The position numbers and the translations under genes are program-made. This document shows positions 1-9,736 of a stretch of DNA of 64,000 nucleotides, one piece after another. Position 1 is the stretch's first letter. The number at the start of each line of letters is the position of its first letter. The stretch comes from Gammaproteobacteria bacterium. Its GTDB lineage: Bacteria; Pseudomonadota; Gammaproteobacteria; SZUA-229. The notes under the pieces were generated by a model that was not told the origin of the DNA, made no database searches, and saw nothing but the letters and a program-made list of their open reading frames with translations. The stretch is taken from positions 50,035 to 114,034 of the forward strand of contig JAVVEE010000001.1 of the NCBI GenBank assembly GCA_032251315.1, in the 5' to 3' direction.

Positions 1-553
1 TATAAGCGGCGGCGGCGACGCCGTAGGCACGATTACCCAGATAGATCTTATTCAAATAGAGCTCAAGGATTTTCTGCTTACTCAGCTCCTGCTCGATTTT
101 CAGCGCCAGAAAGATCTCACGAATTTTGCGGATATAAGTTTTTTCCTTGGTGAGATAGATGTTCCTTGCCAGCTGCATGGTAATGGTACTGCCGCCCTGT
201 CCACGTTCGCCGGTTTTAATCAAATTTATCACGGCACGCAGAATGCCCTGATAGTCGACACCGTCGTGTTCGTAAAAGCGATTATCTTCTGCCGCCAGAA
301 ACGCCTGTTGCACTAATTCGGGTATCTCATCCAGCGTTTTCGGGATGCGTCTTTTCTCACCAAATTCACCCAATAATGAGCCATCGCTGCTATATATACG
401 CAAAGGAACTTGCAGGCGCGTATCACTCATGCCTTCGACGGAAGGCAATTGTGGCTCAAGATAAAAATATAAGCCCAGTAGCGCTAACGATGAAAGCACT
501 GATATCGCCAATGAGGCTATTAAACCGTATTTAAATGTTCTAGCCAGCTTCAT
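1..553 (-). CDS. ponA: Penicillin-binding protein 1A (PBP1A), N-terminal part; the gene continues beyond the window start
   Basis: Reverse-strand translation from ATG (revcomp of 551-553) reads MKLARTFKYGLIASLAISVLSS... (membrane anchor) followed by the ...GGSTITMQLARN glycosyltransferase motif. It is divergent from pilM, as in Pseudomonas. Confidence 0.8.
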   Translation of the reverse strand, partial: MKLARTFKYGLIASLAISVLSSLALLGLYFYLEPQLPSVEGMSDTRLQVPLRIYSSDGSLLGEFGEKRRIPKTLDEIPELVQQAFLAAEDNRFYEHDGVDYQGILRAVINLIKTGERGQGGSTITMQLARNIYLTKEKTYIRKIREIFLALKIEQELSKQKILELYLNKIYLGNRAYGVAAAAY

Positions 554-593
554 GATTCACTTTATATATTACTGAAAGAGGGTGCAAATTATA

Positions 594-635
594 ATCTTTT
601 GACTATGCTTTGGCGATTAATTCATCTTTTGACTA
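594..635. promoter_or_regulatory. Two copies of the 12-mer ATCTTTTGACTA, 30 bp apart, in the ponA/pilM divergent intergenic region; each contains a TTGACT -35-like hexamer
   Basis: Direct repeat seen at 594-605 and 624-635; AT-rich divergent promoter region. Confidence 0.3.
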
Positions 636-726
636 GAATTATTCAATACTTACATCTAGTATCTAATGCATAGTTGCATATATGTTCTATAACTACCTAA
701 AATAAATAGATTATGGGGATTGAGAC

Positions 727-1794
727 GTGTCTCTGCTGAAACGAAAAAAACCTGTCTTGCTGGGTCTGGATATCAGCTCTACTACGGTAAAGCTGCTCGA
801 ATTATCCTGCACCAACGGGCAATACAAGGTCGAAAGCATGGCTATCGAGCCATTGCCGGATGACGCTGTCTCCGATAAAAACATTCAGGACACCGAAGCG
901 GTGGGCGAATGCATCCAGAAAGCGCTTAAAAAAAGCGGCTCCAAACTCAAAAATGCAGCAGTGGCGGTTGCGGGCTCGGCAGTAATCACCAAAATCATCA
1001 CCATGTCCGCCAACCTGATCGATAATGACAGCGAGCTTGAAGCCCAGATTCTGATGGAAGCCGATCAATACATCCCCTATCCCCTGGAAGAAATTAACCT
1101 CGATTTCGAAGTGATCGGTCCGACCGAAGGCAACCCTGAAACTATAGACGTGCTGCTGGCAGCCTCTCGCAGTGAAATCATTGAGGCCCGCACCACCGCG
1201 CTGGAACTCGGCGGTCTGAAAGCCAAAATTGTTGATGTTGAAGCTTACACCATTGAGCAATCCTCCTCATTGATTGCCCGGCAGATAGAAGACGGCGATG
1301 ACAACCGGATTATTGCCGTCATTGACATAGGCGCTACCATGACCAGCCTGAACGTGATCGAAAATGGCAGCCTGATTTATACCCGTGAACAGAGTTTTGG
1401 CGGCAAACAGCTTACCGAAGAGATTATGCGTCGCTACGGCCTCTCTTATGAAGAAGCCGGGCGACTAAAAAAAGTAGGTGGCCTGCCCGACAACTACATT
1501 CCTGAAGTACTGGAGCCTTTCAAAGCCACCATTGCACAGCAAGTCGGGCGCTTCCTGCAATTTTTCTATACTTCGGGACAGCACAATAATGTTAGCCTGA
1601 TTGCTTTGGCAGGTGGCTGCGCAGCCATACCGGGCATTGATGAGCTAATAGAAAGTCAGCTGGAAACACGCACAATCATCGCCAATCCATTTGCCAATAT
1701 GTCGCTATCATCGAAAGTAAATCCGCAATGGTTAAGCAATGACGCGCCGTCATTAATGATTGCCTGCGGCCTGGCCATGAGGAGTTTTAATTAA
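727..1794 (+). CDS. pilM: Type IV pilus assembly protein PilM (actin-like ATPase fold)
   Basis: 355 aa with GTG start; begins MSLLKRKKPVLLGLDISSTTVKLLEL, typical of PilM; first gene of a pilMNOPQ operon. Confidence 0.9.
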   Translation: MSLLKRKKPVLLGLDISSTTVKLLELSCTNGQYKVESMAIEPLPDDAVSDKNIQDTEAVGECIQKALKKSGSKLKNAAVAVAGSAVITKIITMSANLIDNDSELEAQILMEADQYIPYPLEEINLDFEVIGPTEGNPETIDVLLAASRSEIIEARTTALELGGLKAKIVDVEAYTIEQSSSLIARQIEDGDDNRIIAVIDIGATMTSLNVIENGSLIYTREQSFGGKQLTEEIMRRYGLSYEEAGRLKKVGGLPDNYIPEVLEPFKATIAQQVGRFLQFFYTSGQHNNVSLIALAGGCAAIPGIDELIESQLETRTIIANPFANMSLSSKVNPQWLSNDAPSLMIACGLAMRSFN

Positions 1795-2357
1795 TGGCAA
1801 AAATTAACCTGTTACCCTGGCGCGAAGAGCTGCGTGCGGAAAAAACCCGGCAATTTGTCTCCCTCCTGGGCATGTGCATCTTCATGACAGCGGCTCTCGT
1901 TGCTGCTATACATCTTAATATCGCCAATCAAATTGATCATCAGCAATTTCGTAACAATATACTCACTAAAGAGATTTCCAAACTTGACCTTGCTCTGAAA
2001 GAAATCAAGGCACTGGAAGCGACCAAACAGGAACTGCTGTCCCGCATGGAAGTCATTCAGTCGCTACAGCAGCAACGTCCGCAAATTGTTCATCTGTTCG
2101 ATGAATTTGTCAGGACCGTCCCCGAAGGCATTTTCCTCACCAGCATCAAGCAGAGTGGCAAAGAGCTGACCATAAACGGCATCGCTGAATCCAATGGCCG
2201 GGTATCCGCCTATATGAGAAACATTGATTCTTCTGACTGGATGGCCACACCCCGGTTATCCGTTATCGAAACCCAAAAGGGCACAATGAGAAGCAGCAGC
2301 TTTGTATTGACCACCTCTCAATCCACCCCTAAAAGTGAAGAAGGAGAAGGTAGCTGA
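1794..2357 (+). CDS. pilN: Type IV pilus assembly protein PilN
   Basis: 187 aa with a single N-terminal TM (LLGMCIFMTAALVAAI); start overlaps the pilM stop (ATGA). Confidence 0.85.
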   Translation: MAKINLLPWREELRAEKTRQFVSLLGMCIFMTAALVAAIHLNIANQIDHQQFRNNILTKEISKLDLALKEIKALEATKQELLSRMEVIQSLQQQRPQIVHLFDEFVRTVPEGIFLTSIKQSGKELTINGIAESNGRVSAYMRNIDSSDWMATPRLSVIETQKGTMRSSSFVLTTSQSTPKSEEGEGS

Positions 2358-2971
2358 TGAATCTCTCTGAAATCGATCTTAATGATATTGATATCAACGA
2401 TATCAAGAAAATCGGTACGGCGCCCGCGCCCGTCAAAGCGGCATTGATTATTGTTATCTGCATTGCTGCTGCAGCTGCCGGTTATTTTCTTGATACCACC
2501 AAACAGTTGGATGAACTTAAACAAGCCAAAGCCGAAGAACTCACCTTAAGAGATACTTTCGTTGAGAAGAACAGCACGGCGGTTAATCTGGAAGCCTATA
2601 AACAGCAACTCGAAGAGATGCGCTCAACTTTTGGCGCCCTGCTTCGCCAGCTGCCCAACAGCACCGAAATCGAAACCCTGCTGACAGATATTTCGCAGAC
2701 CGGCATTTCAAGCGGCCTTGAAATTGAATATTTCAAACCGGAAGGGCTCCGCCCCAAAGAGTTCTATGCAGAATATCCTATCAAACTGAAAGTAACAGGT
2801 CGCTATCACGAATTTGCCGCCTTTGTAAGCGGTGTCGCTGCATTGCCGCGCATTGTCACACTGCAAGACATTGCTATTCTGCCCGCCCAGAAAGAGGGCG
2901 GATCCAAACTGGTAATGGACATTACTGCGATTACTTACCAGTATCTTGATGAGTCTGCCCAGGACCAATGA
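2357..2971 (+). CDS. pilO: Type IV pilus assembly protein PilO
   Basis: 204 aa with N-terminal TM and a coiled-coil region; operon position and overlapping start. Confidence 0.85.
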   Translation: MNLSEIDLNDIDINDIKKIGTAPAPVKAALIIVICIAAAAAGYFLDTTKQLDELKQAKAEELTLRDTFVEKNSTAVNLEAYKQQLEEMRSTFGALLRQLPNSTEIETLLTDISQTGISSGLEIEYFKPEGLRPKEFYAEYPIKLKVTGRYHEFAAFVSGVAALPRIVTLQDIAILPAQKEGGSKLVMDITAITYQYLDESAQDQ

Positions 2972-3507
2972 TGAAGACAAAATCAAAAAATCTAACGCAT
3001 AATATTATGGCATTACCAATGCTGGCCCTGCTGGCAACCGGTTGCAGCAAAGAGGTGAGCGACTTAAACGAGTTCATCGCGCAAACCAAAGCCTCCAGCG
3101 TAGGCAGTGTACGCCCGATACCTCAGTTCAAGCCTTATTTGAATTTCAGCTATTCCGCCAGTGATTTACGTGATCCGTTTGTGGCGGCTGTAACCATCAC
3201 TGAAGACCCGGGCATTGCGAACAATTCATTGCAACCGGAAAACAACAGACCCAAACAATATCTCGAATCTTTCCCTCTTGACGCCTTATCCATGGTTGGC
3301 ACGCTGGAACAAAACAAGAACACCTGGGGACTTATCAAAGATCCTCAGAATGTAGTCCATCGTGTCCAGCTGGATAACTACATGGGGAAAAACGAAGGAC
3401 GCATTAAAAAAATAACAGAAACAAAGATTCATCTGGTGGAAATTGTACCCGATGGTCTCGGTGGCTATATTGAGCGCGAAGCATCAATAGCCGTCGGCAA
3501 TGAGTAA
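2968..3507 (+). CDS. pilP: Type IV pilus assembly lipoprotein PilP
   Basis: 179 aa; signal peptide with lipobox LATGC; position between pilO and pilQ. Confidence 0.8.
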   Translation: MMKTKSKNLTHNIMALPMLALLATGCSKEVSDLNEFIAQTKASSVGSVRPIPQFKPYLNFSYSASDLRDPFVAAVTITEDPGIANNSLQPENNRPKQYLESFPLDALSMVGTLEQNKNTWGLIKDPQNVVHRVQLDNYMGKNEGRIKKITETKIHLVEIVPDGLGGYIEREASIAVGNE

Positions 3508-3522
3508 CGCGTGGAGCGAGAT

Positions 3523-5748
3523 ATGAAAACAACAATAACAAACAATCTTAATAACGGGAACAGTCTTTATGGAGTGCAGAAATTTCTGACGCTTCTGATG
3601 ATGTTACTCTGTTTTGGCAGCAGCTCTGCGCTAGCCCAGCAGAACATGATTGAATCCATCCAATACAACACCTTGCCCGGCAATCGTGTGCAGCTGGTTC
3701 TGGAAATGAGCCGGCAGGCCGTCAAACCATTAAGCTTCACCATTGACGACCCCGCGCGCATCGTTTTTGATTTTGCAGATACCGGCAGCACCCTGCCCAA
3801 AAAACAACAGCCTATAGGCGTTGGACCCGCTCAGTCCGTTATCGCCATCAGCGCTAAAGACCGGACTCGCGTCATACTGAACGTCACCGAAGTTATTCCT
3901 TATCAGGTCACCACCAAAGATAACAGCATATTAATCACTCTAGACAGTGACGCCACAGGCACTACTTTTGCCGCCCAGTCGAAAGATGAGTCATCGCGTT
4001 TTGCCGAAGATGATGCACAGGTGACAGATCGCGCAAGGTACTCCGATGTCACCCGCGGTATCCGCAATATTGATTTCCGCCGTGGCGAAAACGGCGAAGG
4101 ACGCGTCATCGTTACGCTTACCGAAAGCAACATTCCCATGGATATCAGTGAAGAATTTGGCAAGGTTGTGGTGAAATTCATTAACTCCGATCTTCCCGAT
4201 AACCTGCATCAATCACTCGATGTTCTTGACTTTGCCACGCCGGTTAAAACCATCAGCAGTTTCGAAAAAGATGACAATGTCCGCATTGAAATCGAACCGG
4301 CAACCCGGGACTTTGAACATGTCGCTTATCAGGCGGATAACATCTTCACGATAGAGCTCAAGCCTATTTCAGAAGATGAGCTGGAAGAACAGAACAAAGC
4401 CAAGTTCGGTTATACCGGGGAGCGCCTGTCACTCAACTTTCAGGATATTCCTGTACGTGCCGTCCTGCAGTTGATCGCCGACTTCACCGGCCTGAACGTT
4501 GTGGTCAGTGATTCGGTTAGCGGCAACCTTACCCTGCGCTTACAGAATGTTCCCTGGGACCAGGCGCTGGATATCATCCTGAAGTCAAAAGGTCTGTCCA
4601 AACGCGAATCCGGCAATGTCATGCTGGTCGCGCCCAGCGAAGAGATTGCTGCTCAGGAAAAAATTGACCTTGAAGCTTCGCAAGCCATTACCGACCTGGC
4701 ACCCATTCGTAGCGCCTTCTTTACTGTCAATTTTGCCAAGGTCACTGAACTGGAAGCATTGTTTTCCGGTGGTGGCGGTGAAGGTGGCGAAGGCGGTGCT
4801 GGCGGAAGCCTGTTATCGTCTCGGGGCAGCGTTATCATCGATGAACGCACCAATACGCTGATAGTCAAAGACACCGACGAGGTTATCGGTGAAATACGTC
4901 GCATCCTTAACCAGCTGGATGTTCCCATTCGCCAGGTGCTCATTGGCTCACGAATCGTCATCGCTTCGGATAACTTCTCGAAAGAGCTCGGCGCGAGATT
5001 TGGCGTAAGCAATATCAGCAGCAACGGCGCCGATGGTGTCAATACTCTCTCCGGCACCATTAACGGCACCAATGCCGTCAATTCAGATGCGATTGACAAC
5101 ATCATGACTACCGGCAATGCCCTCCCTGTCAGTCATCCTCTGGGTTCTACTGGCGGACGATTTGATCGTCTGGGCGTAAACCTGCCCGCCGTTGGCCCGA
5201 ATGTTGGTGCCATTGCCTTCTCGGTGCTTAAAGGAGGCACACTGGTCGATCTGGAAATTTCCGCCATGCAGAACGAGAGCAAGGGCGAGGTTATCTCCAG
5301 TCCCCGCGTGGTCACTGCTGATCGACATGAAGCCTTTATTGAACAGGGCGTTGAAATCCCTTATCTGTCCGCATCATCCAGCGGTGCCACTTCGGTGGAG
5401 TTCAAGAAAGCGGTGCTGAGCATCAAGGTCACCCCGCAGATCACCCCGGACGACAGAATCATCATGGACCTGACTGTTAACAAGGACTCCGTCGGCCAGG
5501 TGTTCGGCGGCATTCCCAGTATCGATACCCGTGAAGTCCAGACCCAGGTTCTGGTTAATAACGGCGACACCATTGTACTGGGCGGCATTTACGAGCAGAT
5601 CGTCAGTAACGATGTCGACAAGATCCCCCTCCTGGGCGATTTGCCACTACTGGGCTTTCTATTTAGACATACCATTGAAAGTGACCAGAAAGCAGAGCTG
5701 CTGATATTTGTTACCCCCAAAATCCTGAAAGATTCGCTCTCTTTATAA
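3523..5748 (+). CDS. pilQ: Type IV pilus secretin PilQ
   Basis: Secretin C-terminal domain (…VLGGIYEQ…IPLLGDLPLLGFLF…) and AMIN/N-domains. ATG at 3523 is preferred over GTG at 3511 because GGAG lies 6 nt upstream. Confidence 0.9.
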   Translation: MKTTITNNLNNGNSLYGVQKFLTLLMMLLCFGSSSALAQQNMIESIQYNTLPGNRVQLVLEMSRQAVKPLSFTIDDPARIVFDFADTGSTLPKKQQPIGVGPAQSVIAISAKDRTRVILNVTEVIPYQVTTKDNSILITLDSDATGTTFAAQSKDESSRFAEDDAQVTDRARYSDVTRGIRNIDFRRGENGEGRVIVTLTESNIPMDISEEFGKVVVKFINSDLPDNLHQSLDVLDFATPVKTISSFEKDDNVRIEIEPATRDFEHVAYQADNIFTIELKPISEDELEEQNKAKFGYTGERLSLNFQDIPVRAVLQLIADFTGLNVVVSDSVSGNLTLRLQNVPWDQALDIILKSKGLSKRESGNVMLVAPSEEIAAQEKIDLEASQAITDLAPIRSAFFTVNFAKVTELEALFSGGGGEGGEGGAGGSLLSSRGSVIIDERTNTLIVKDTDEVIGEIRRILNQLDVPIRQVLIGSRIVIASDNFSKELGARFGVSNISSNGADGVNTLSGTINGTNAVNSDAIDNIMTTGNALPVSHPLGSTGGRFDRLGVNLPAVGPNVGAIAFSVLKGGTLVDLEISAMQNESKGEVISSPRVVTADRHEAFIEQGVEIPYLSASSSGATSVEFKKAVLSIKVTPQITPDDRIIMDLTVNKDSVGQVFGGIPSIDTREVQTQVLVNNGDTIVLGGIYEQIVSNDVDKIPLLGDLPLLGFLFRHTIESDQKAELLIFVTPKILKDSLSL

Positions 5749-5769
5749 TTTGAACTAAAGGTAAGAGTC

Positions 5770-6744
5770 ATGCAAATAATGAACTACAAATTATCGGCCC
5801 TTCATAATGATTGTGTCACTTTTAGGAACAGGATGTGCGGAAGAAGAAGTGCTTCAGAAACCAGGCAGTACTGCAAATGTTGGTACCGTAGCACATAAAA
5901 ACTTCTCTATACTTTTCAGCGAAGTAGACCCGACCGTTATAGATTCAGATGATATTTTCACAGAAACAAGTATTGACGTTACAGCCCATATTGGTGATCG
6001 TAATAACGAGACCATAACAGATCCTTTCACAATATATTTTTAAATCAGAATATGGCCTGATTAAGCCAAGCTGTGTCACCGATGAAACTGGAAGCTGCTC
6101 AGTCGTCTGGCACGCGATCAAAAGACCTGAGGCAGGCGGTCACTGGTAGTGACGGCTTTACCACCATCGTTGCTTAAACCAGTGGTGAAGAATCTTTCAC
6201 CGATAATAATGGTAATGGAATATTTGATGACAATGACACGGGCGCTTTCAATGATCTGGAAGAACCCTATATTAACTTGAATTTACGTAGCGACTTTAAC
6301 GACAGTATTTTTGATGGCAATGATGTCGTTATAGACACTGTAAGCGGTAACGACCTGACTGGTGTCAACAGCATACACGATATTGGAGACGGCCTGCTCA
6401 ATGGCGGTGGCTGCACACATTCGTCACTTTGCAGCTCCACAGTCCGCAATGCAATGATATGGGTTGCCTCAGCCAACAGCATAATAAGTACACCGACCTG
6501 GGCTTACAGTGTTAGCGGCACGATCAGCGGCCTGACTGGCAGTGTTACATTACAAAATAATGATGTAGATAATCTCACTGTTCCTACAGATGGCAACTTC
6601 ACCTTTGCCACCGCCATTGACGATGGCGGTACATATAGCGTAACCGTATCAGTACAGCCGACAGGTCAAACATGTACTGTAACTAATGGCAGTGGCACGA
6701 TTAATGCCACTAATGTAACCACCGTAACCATTACCTGCATCTAG
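5770..6744 (+). pseudogene. Decayed gene for a secreted or lipoprotein adhesin-like protein; fragments lie in at least three reading frames with internal stops
   Basis: Three fragments: a lipoprotein-like start (…SLLGTGCAEEE) at 5807-6043 in frame 2; short pieces at 6062-6177 with stops; a 567-nt frame at 6178-6744 rich in DxDxDG-type motifs (FTDNNGNGIFDDNDTGAFNDLEE) and a T/N/G-rich beta-type tail. Visibly lower GC than the flanks. Confidence 0.45.
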
Positions 6745-6767
6745 CCATCTTTTGTTTTTGCCTCTTA

Positions 6768-6797
6768 AAGAAGCGACCCAAGGGTCGCTTCTTTAAT
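6768..6797 (+). terminator. Rho-independent terminator-like hairpin (AAGAAGCGACCC-AAG-GGTCGCTTCTT) followed by TTAATT
   Basis: Perfect 12-bp inverted repeat directly after the pseudogene remnant and upstream of aroK. Confidence 0.5.
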
Positions 6798-6867
6798 TCA
6801 GGTCTGCAACCGCAAACACCTACAAGGTGTTGCTTCTATCTGCATGAGCAGCTAGGCTTTCGCCGTT

Positions 6868-7392
6868 ATGAGTACACATTCAAATATCTTCCTCATCGGC
6901 CCCATGGGCGCGGGCAAAACCACTATCGGGCGTCAGCTTGCGCGGCGGCTTAATATGGATTTTTACGATAGCGACCGCGTTATCGAAGAACGAACCGGGG
7001 TGGATATTCCGCTGATTTTTGAAAAGGAGGGTGAAGCCGGGTTTCGTCAGCGCGAGGCGGTGGTGATTGATGAGCTCACCATGAAGGAGCGCATCGTCCT
7101 GGCCACGGGCGGCGGCGCGGTTCTGGATGAAAACAACCGCCGGCATCTGCAATCACGCGGTACGGTGTTTTACCTGAGCAGCGATCTGAAGTCGCTGCTG
7201 GAACGCACTCATAAGGACAAGAACCGCCCGCTGCTGCACGGTGAAGAGCCCGCCGATGTCATTCTCACTCGGCTGATTGAGCAGCGCGCCCCCCTGTACC
7301 GGGAGACGGCGGACTATATTGTTGACACCAGCAATGACTCGCTACGCCACGTCATTCACGTTATTATTAGCCATCTTGATACCACCAATTAG
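6868..7392 (+). CDS. aroK: Shikimate kinase
   Basis: 174 aa; Walker A GPMGAGKTTIGRQLA; pilQ-aroK-aroB order is conserved. Confidence 0.9.
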   Translation: MSTHSNIFLIGPMGAGKTTIGRQLARRLNMDFYDSDRVIEERTGVDIPLIFEKEGEAGFRQREAVVIDELTMKERIVLATGGGAVLDENNRRHLQSRGTVFYLSSDLKSLLERTHKDKNRPLLHGEEPADVILTRLIEQRAPLYRETADYIVDTSNDSLRHVIHVIISHLDTTN

Positions 7393-7411
7393 CGAATGCT
7401 GAAGCAACACC

Positions 7412-8503
7412 ATGTCTGAATACTCCACGCTCCAGGTTGATCTGGGTGAGCGCAGTTATCCGATTTACATCGGGGAGAACCTGCTCGATCAAACCGATAT
7501 TCTGAAAAAACACATCCCCGGCAACAGCGTGCTGATCGTTAGCAATGAAACCGTGGCGCCGCTGTATCTGCAAAAAGTCGAAGCCCTGCTCTCCGGCCTG
7601 CGCTACCACAGCGTGATTTTGCCTGATGGCGAAGAATATAAAAACCTGGACGTGCTCAACAGCATTTTTGATGCCCTGCTGACTCACCGTCTGGATCGCA
7701 ATACCACCATTATCGCCCTCGGTGGCGGTGTGGTCGGCGACATGGCCGGTTTTGCCGCCGCCACTTATCAGCGCGGCGTGCATCTGATTCAGATTCCCAC
7801 CACCCTGCTCTCGCAGGTCGATTCATCGGTGGGCGGCAAAACCGGTGTCAATCACCCGCTGGGCAAAAACATGATCGGCGCTTTCTACCAGCCATGCGCG
7901 GTCATCGCCGACACCAACACCCTGGACACGCTGGACGACCGGCAACTGAGCGCCGGCCTTGCCGAAGTCATCAAGTATGGTCTGATCCGTGATGCCGGAT
8001 TTTTTGCCTGGATCGAGCAAAACATGAACGCGCTGCTGCAACGCGATCATCAGGCACTGGCCTATGCCATTAAAGTTTCCTGCCAGACCAAGGCCGACAT
8101 TGTCGCCGCCGACGAAAGGGAAAGCGGTCAGCGCGCCCTGCTCAATCTGGGCCACACTTTCGGTCATGCCATCGAAACCGGCATGGGTTACGGCGTCTGG
8201 CTGCACGGTGAGGCGGTTGGCACCGGCATGTGCATCGCGGCGAAAATGTCGGCCCTGCTGGGCTGGCTCAACGAGGAACAGGTGCAGCGCATTATAGCGA
8301 TTATGCAGAGCGCCAAACTGCCCACCACTGCCCCCGAGAGTCTCGGTGAACAGCGGTTTCTGGATTTGATGTCGGTCGATAAAAAAGTGCTTGATGGTAC
8401 ACTCCGACTTATTCTGCTGAAAGACATCGGCCATGCAATAATAACCAGCGATTACACACCTGATCAGCTCACGCAGGCGATCCGCATCAGCTACACCACA
8501 TAA
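7412..8503 (+). CDS. aroB: 3-dehydroquinate synthase
   Basis: 363 aa; motifs …[21 protein letters not shown]… and GHTFGHAIE. Confidence 0.9.
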   Translation: MSEYSTLQVDLGERSYPIYIGENLLDQTDILKKHIPGNSVLIVSNETVAPLYLQKVEALLSGLRYHSVILPDGEEYKNLDVLNSIFDALLTHRLDRNTTIIALGGGVVGDMAGFAAATYQRGVHLIQIPTTLLSQVDSSVGGKTGVNHPLGKNMIGAFYQPCAVIADTNTLDTLDDRQLSAGLAEVIKYGLIRDAGFFAWIEQNMNALLQRDHQALAYAIKVSCQTKADIVAADERESGQRALLNLGHTFGHAIETGMGYGVWLHGEAVGTGMCIAAKMSALLGWLNEEQVQRIIAIMQSAKLPTTAPESLGEQRFLDLMSVDKKVLDGTLRLILLKDIGHAIITSDYTPDQLTQAIRISYTT

Positions 8504-8505
8504 CC

Positions 8506-9702
8506 TTGAAGACTATTATGGACAAACCCTACTCCGGCAGCCTGACCGCCTATGCCAGCAACGACAAGAAATCGCTGGGGCGTGTGCACGATGAAGAGAG
8601 TCCGGTCTACCGCAACAACTACCAGCGCGACCGTGACCGTATCATTCATTCAGCCGGTTTTCGTCGGCTGGAATACAAAACCCAGGTTTTTGTAAATCAC
8701 GAAGGTGATCTATTTCGTACCCGCCTGACGCATTCACTGGAAGTCGCCCAGATTGCCCGCAGTATTGCCCGCGAACTCGGCCTGCACGAAGACCTCGCCG
8801 AAGCCATCGCGCTGTCACACGACATCGGCCATACCCCGTTCGGTCATGCCGGCCAGACCGCGCTCAACCAATGCATGAAAGATCACGGCGGCTTCGAACA
8901 CAATCTGCAATCGCTGCGCGTAGTCGACAAACTGGAAGAGAAATACGCCGACTTTCAGGGTCTCAATCTCACCTTTGAAACCCGTGAAGGCATACTCAAA
9001 CACTGCTCACAAAAAAATGCGGAAAAACTGGGTCCGGTCGCGCAGCGTTTCCTGGACAAAAGCCAGCCCAGCCTGGAAGCACAGCTCACGGATTTGTCCG
9101 ACGAGACCGCCTACAACAACCACGACGTTGACGATGGCCTGCGCTACGGGCTGATCCGCATTGACGAATTAATGAAAATCGAAGTCTTTCGCAAGCAGCA
9201 TGACATCGTTAAAAAACGTTACCGCAGTTTGAATGATCGCCACCTGATTCATGAAATAATCCGGCGTATGATTAACGTCATGGTAGTCGATCTGATCGAT
9301 ACTTCGCGCAGCAATATTAATGCCGCCGGGCTTAAAAGCATTGATGATGTTCGTGCCCAGAGCAGACCGTTGATGTCCTTCAGTGAATCGATGTGCGAGC
9401 AGAATCTGGAACTGAAGCAGTTCTTGCGCACCCACTTATACCAGCACTATCGCGTGCACAGAATGACCCTGAAAGCCTGCTCCATTGTCACCGCCCTGTT
9501 TAACGCCTTCATGGATGATCTGCGCATTCTGCCGCCGGAGGCACTGGCGCATTGTAAAGCCCTGGAAAGCCGCCACGGGCAGGATGGCATCGCTCGCGGC
9601 GTCGCCGATTACATTGCCGGCATGACCGATCGTTATGCCATTGTTGAATACGAGCGGATCTTTAACCCCCGACAGCTGTCTTTTGTAAACCTGATTCCAT
9701 AA
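8506..9702 (+). CDS. dgt: dGTP triphosphohydrolase-like HD-domain protein (Dgt family)
   Basis: 398 aa; HD motif …LTHSLEVAQIARS…SHDIGHTPFGH…; the start may be the internal ATG at 8518. Confidence 0.75.
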   Translation: MKTIMDKPYSGSLTAYASNDKKSLGRVHDEESPVYRNNYQRDRDRIIHSAGFRRLEYKTQVFVNHEGDLFRTRLTHSLEVAQIARSIARELGLHEDLAEAIALSHDIGHTPFGHAGQTALNQCMKDHGGFEHNLQSLRVVDKLEEKYADFQGLNLTFETREGILKHCSQKNAEKLGPVAQRFLDKSQPSLEAQLTDLSDETAYNNHDVDDGLRYGLIRIDELMKIEVFRKQHDIVKKRYRSLNDRHLIHEIIRRMINVMVVDLIDTSRSNINAAGLKSIDDVRAQSRPLMSFSESMCEQNLELKQFLRTHLYQHYRVHRMTLKACSIVTALFNAFMDDLRILPPEALAHCKALESRHGQDGIARGVADYIAGMTDRYAIVEYERIFNPRQLSFVNLIP

Positions 9703-9736
9703 CCTCAATAACGCACTCCTAAATTCTAGATCGAGC

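Noticed and set aside
3511-3522. GTG at 3511 as the pilQ start
   Set aside because: ATG at 3523 has a GGAG Shine-Dalgarno at optimal spacing; the GTG overlaps that SD.
6277-6744. 155-aa ORF as a stand-alone gene
   Set aside because: The same reading frame is open from 6178 and is continuous in content with upstream out-of-frame fragments; better explained as part of a decayed larger gene.
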